NCBI GenBank assembly: GCA_051294905.1
Contig: CM119384.1
Span: 22,196,001-22,260,000, forward strand
Direction of reading: 5' to 3'
Length of the DNA stretch: 64,000 nt
Source: Botryllus schlosseri
Taxonomy: Eukaryota
Part shown: positions 61,160-64,000 of the stretch, piece after piece
Layout of the letters: every line of letters begins with the position of its first letter
How positions within the stretch are numbered: the first letter of the stretch is position 1
Notes under the pieces: model-generated
Seen by the model: only the letters and a program-made list of their open reading frames with translations
Told to the model about the DNA's origin: nothing
The model's database searches: none
Program-made: the position numbers and the translations under genes

Positions 61160-63570
61160 AACACCACAAAACTGCGATACAATGAAAAGATAAGAAGGTG
61201 ACGAAGTCTTAGAGATCAGACGCCCACCTTAGTCTAGGCGAAGTAGAAAAGAGGCATGCACACTGAATGAAAAGTAAAGCAGTGAATATAAAAGGCAAGC
61301 GACAAAATGAGGCGGCGGAAAGCGAGATCGATGTTAGTAATTAGTAATCCCCGTAGTTTTGTGCGCGCTAATGAGCCACCATGATGATTGATAATTTTAC
61401 ATGAATGAGATATGGCCTATGTTGGAACTAAAACAAGAAGGTAGCACTTCCTCGACATTGACTCTGCTTTACAGGCAGTTCCTGCTTTATGTCGCCCTCC
61501 CAGCTCTGATTTCGACTGAGGCTACGGTGATGGAATTTTTTTGGGCCAGTGTTACCGTCCGTCTCTAGACTAGGCCGTGCAACAAGGCCCGGGTTCTATG
61601 ACACAACTCGTACGTGCTGTACCGCGTTGCACACACAGCGTCCCACAGTGCCCAGGTATAATCATCATCATCATTGGTTTATTAGCAATTTATTAGCAAA
61701 AATCAGTTCAATACACCAAAAAAATTGCGATACAATGAAAAGATAGGCAGGTGTCGAAAGGACTTGGCATAGTCTTTGAAATCAGACACCCACCTTGGTC
61801 TTGGATGAAAAGTAAAAGAAATGAATGAAAAGTAAAAGAATAGATAGTATATAAAAGCAAGCGACACAAATGGGGTGGTATTCACGGCAGGCGAGATCGA
61901 TAGGTCAGGTATCAGTTTCACTGCGGTCGTTGCCACGAATACTTCAATGACTTCTTTACCTCTGAATCAGAAGCGCACAAGTACAACACACGCGCGTCAA
62001 CGTCGTCCAAATATCATATGATCGACCGAAAAGATCATCGCTCTATCAAATATGCCGGACCTGATGTGTGGATCGAACAGTATCCCGCCGGCCATCCGGC
62101 AGTCGACGAGCATGTCCAGTGTCCACATTCAAGTCGAAATACAAGCAATTACTACTAAATAAATACAATGTAAGAGGGAATTTTCACTCCTCTTTAATCT
62201 TGGTAGTATGACCAATTGATACAGAGGAATACGTATTTCCGTTGTGCAAAAGTACAATTTTTAGGCTTCACAAACTGCTATTTTGACAAATAAATATTTC
62301 GCAGGATTATTCGGCACTTCTAGCATCTTTGCAAATTGAGAAAAGATTACTTGGCAAGAGAGTGAAGATATATCACTTTCGATCATGAGAAACGTCGTTT
62401 TCATCGTAGTGCTACTTTCGGTGGGTGCCGTGATACTGGCATTGGCATGTTAATGTTACCATGGGTTGCTGGAGGAGTTGGGAATCCCGATTTACGACTC
62501 AAGTGAATGGCAAATGATTTACTTTCGACTGCTTGTGGTTTTTGAAACGTTTGATACGTTTAACACAATATCTTTAAAGTAGTACTTTTATGTGGGTTAT
62601 GAGACAATGTGTCGGTGCCTAACCCAAAAACTTGACGTGATAGAGAAAAACGGAAGTCGTTTTCGAATTCAGCACCCAAAAGTTAGTCGAAATCATTTAT
62701 TTAATCAAAGTCAATAAAAATTGTGTTGACCAGTGATCAATTTTTATCAGTTCAATACACCATAAAAATTAGGTTACAATGAAGAGATAGGCAGGTGTCG
62801 GAAGGACTTGGCGTAGTCTTGAAATCGGACACCCACCTTGGCATAGGCGCTGTAAAGAGGAGGCATGCACACTGAATGAAAAGTAAATAAAAATATAGTG
62901 TAGAAAAGCAAGCGACACACATGGTCTTGAAAATAATCTTTTGTACCCGGTGTCTAATTATAATTCTATTTTGACTTTATATTGAATCTCGAGTCTCTTA
63001 TTTATTAGTATGGCTGTGCCTTCGTAGTAACGTGTTTCATCTTGACTCTTTTTCTTTTTGTCATTCATGTTCAGGCAGTTTCCGTAGAATAGATGTCTAT
63101 TCTGGTTACACCAGCTATGTATCTTCTGTTTGTCTATTCTGTGACTCTCGGATACAGATTATGTCAGAATCATTATTTTTTATTGTACTCTTCAGGCTGT
63201 TCCAATTTCTTGATATTCCGTTGAAATTTAAGGAGGCTATTGTTAGTGACATCATATTGGGTTTAGGGTTTTGCTAGTTCTGGTTGCTAGTTCTGGTACG
63301 TCAGGTTCGTAGATGAATCTCAAGTCTCAAGGGCAGACAAGAGAGAAAACGTGGATTTCTATACCCAAAAATACGTAACAATGTATGTAATTGTAAAGCT
63401 TAATGAGTCAATAAGAAACGGGTTTGTAAAGTTCTAGCGATACGAAAAAGGTAAAACATATATGTTTGGCGTAACAATGGTTACTAAGCTTGCGCACTTG
63501 CGCAGCACTAGAATACACCACAAAAATTGCGACACAATGAAAAGATGGGCAGGTGTCGAAAGGGCTTGGT
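61160..63570 (+). repeat. Dispersed ~60-180 bp repeat family, 4 copies
   Basis: ACACCA..AA.TGCGATACAATGAAAAGAT.GGCAGGTGTCG at ~61160, ~61710, ~62755, ~63515. Confidence 0.75.
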
Positions 63571-64000
63571 TAAACCTATCATGCCGGCCAATTCTGGTGG
63601 GAAGCGAGCGCTTACAATATAGTTCGCGATTAGCACTATTAGCAGCAGAATGGGTCGAAGAATTAGCGCCAACCTTCAGATGCAAATATCAGATAGAAGT
63701 TAGATCCGAATTGCTTATCCAATTCGCTAGTTGTCTTTTAACGATTTTCGGCTTCAACGCTGCTGTATTAATTCAGTTGACGAAATTATAGCCTATCTAT
63801 CTTATTGAATGAATCAATTTCTTGTCTTCAGAATTTGCTAACCCTAGTGTTGGTAAGCTAAAAGAGACGTGAGTGGCTAAATGGCGGAGCAAGCAGGTCC
63901 AAATATATCTGGAAAATTTATTCTTTCCCCGCGAGGAAATATGTTAATTGCCGTCGGTGAATTTATATTTCGGAAAACGAAATTGTCAAAGGGCGTCTCG

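Noticed and set aside
1-64000. U2 snRNA, 5S rRNA, tRNA or rDNA target fragments typical of other Tx1 families
   Set aside because: None recognised at any junction by eye. An Rfam scan would confirm.
60030-64000. Host protein-coding exons
   Set aside because: Only short ORFs without recognisable motifs; exons cannot be excluded without transcript data.

Overview
Eukaryotic, AT-rich, gene-free window, most likely from a stolidobranch ascidian. That assignment is inferred from near-exact matches to the spliced-leader (SL) exon I recall for Halocynthia/Botryllus, ATTGGAGTATTTGGTTGTATTAAG; the SL sequence is from memory and needs verifying. About 55 kb is two converging head-to-tail arrays of L1/Tx1-clade non-LTR retrotransposons (ORF1 with RRM-like region and two CCHC knuckles; ORF2 with APE endonuclease, RT and C-terminal Cys/His motif). 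The families use my own labels A0, B1, B2, C, D, E, F. The plus array runs ~1.2-41.2 kb (A0, B1, B2, C1, S, S, D, F, S, E1) and the minus array 41.2-59.6 kb (E2, C2, B2'). Units are joined poly(A)-to-GGT or poly(A)-to-TTGGC, and one full-length 5' end sits exactly at an SL exon/GT donor, suggesting APE-type elements that target SL RNA genes. Several families also carry an SL-exon copy in their own 3' UTR, a 25-27 nt donor/branch/acceptor signature at their 5' end, and GACTC-N8-GAGTC hairpin arrays in a shared 5' UTR. Short non-coding poly(A) units (S) are interspersed. Secondary DNA-transposon insertions are a Foldback/MULE-like element, two hAT elements, a piggyBac and a TA-TIR element, three of them nested. 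Only one ORF2 (7259-10663) is intact. No host genes or complete RNA genes were recognised.
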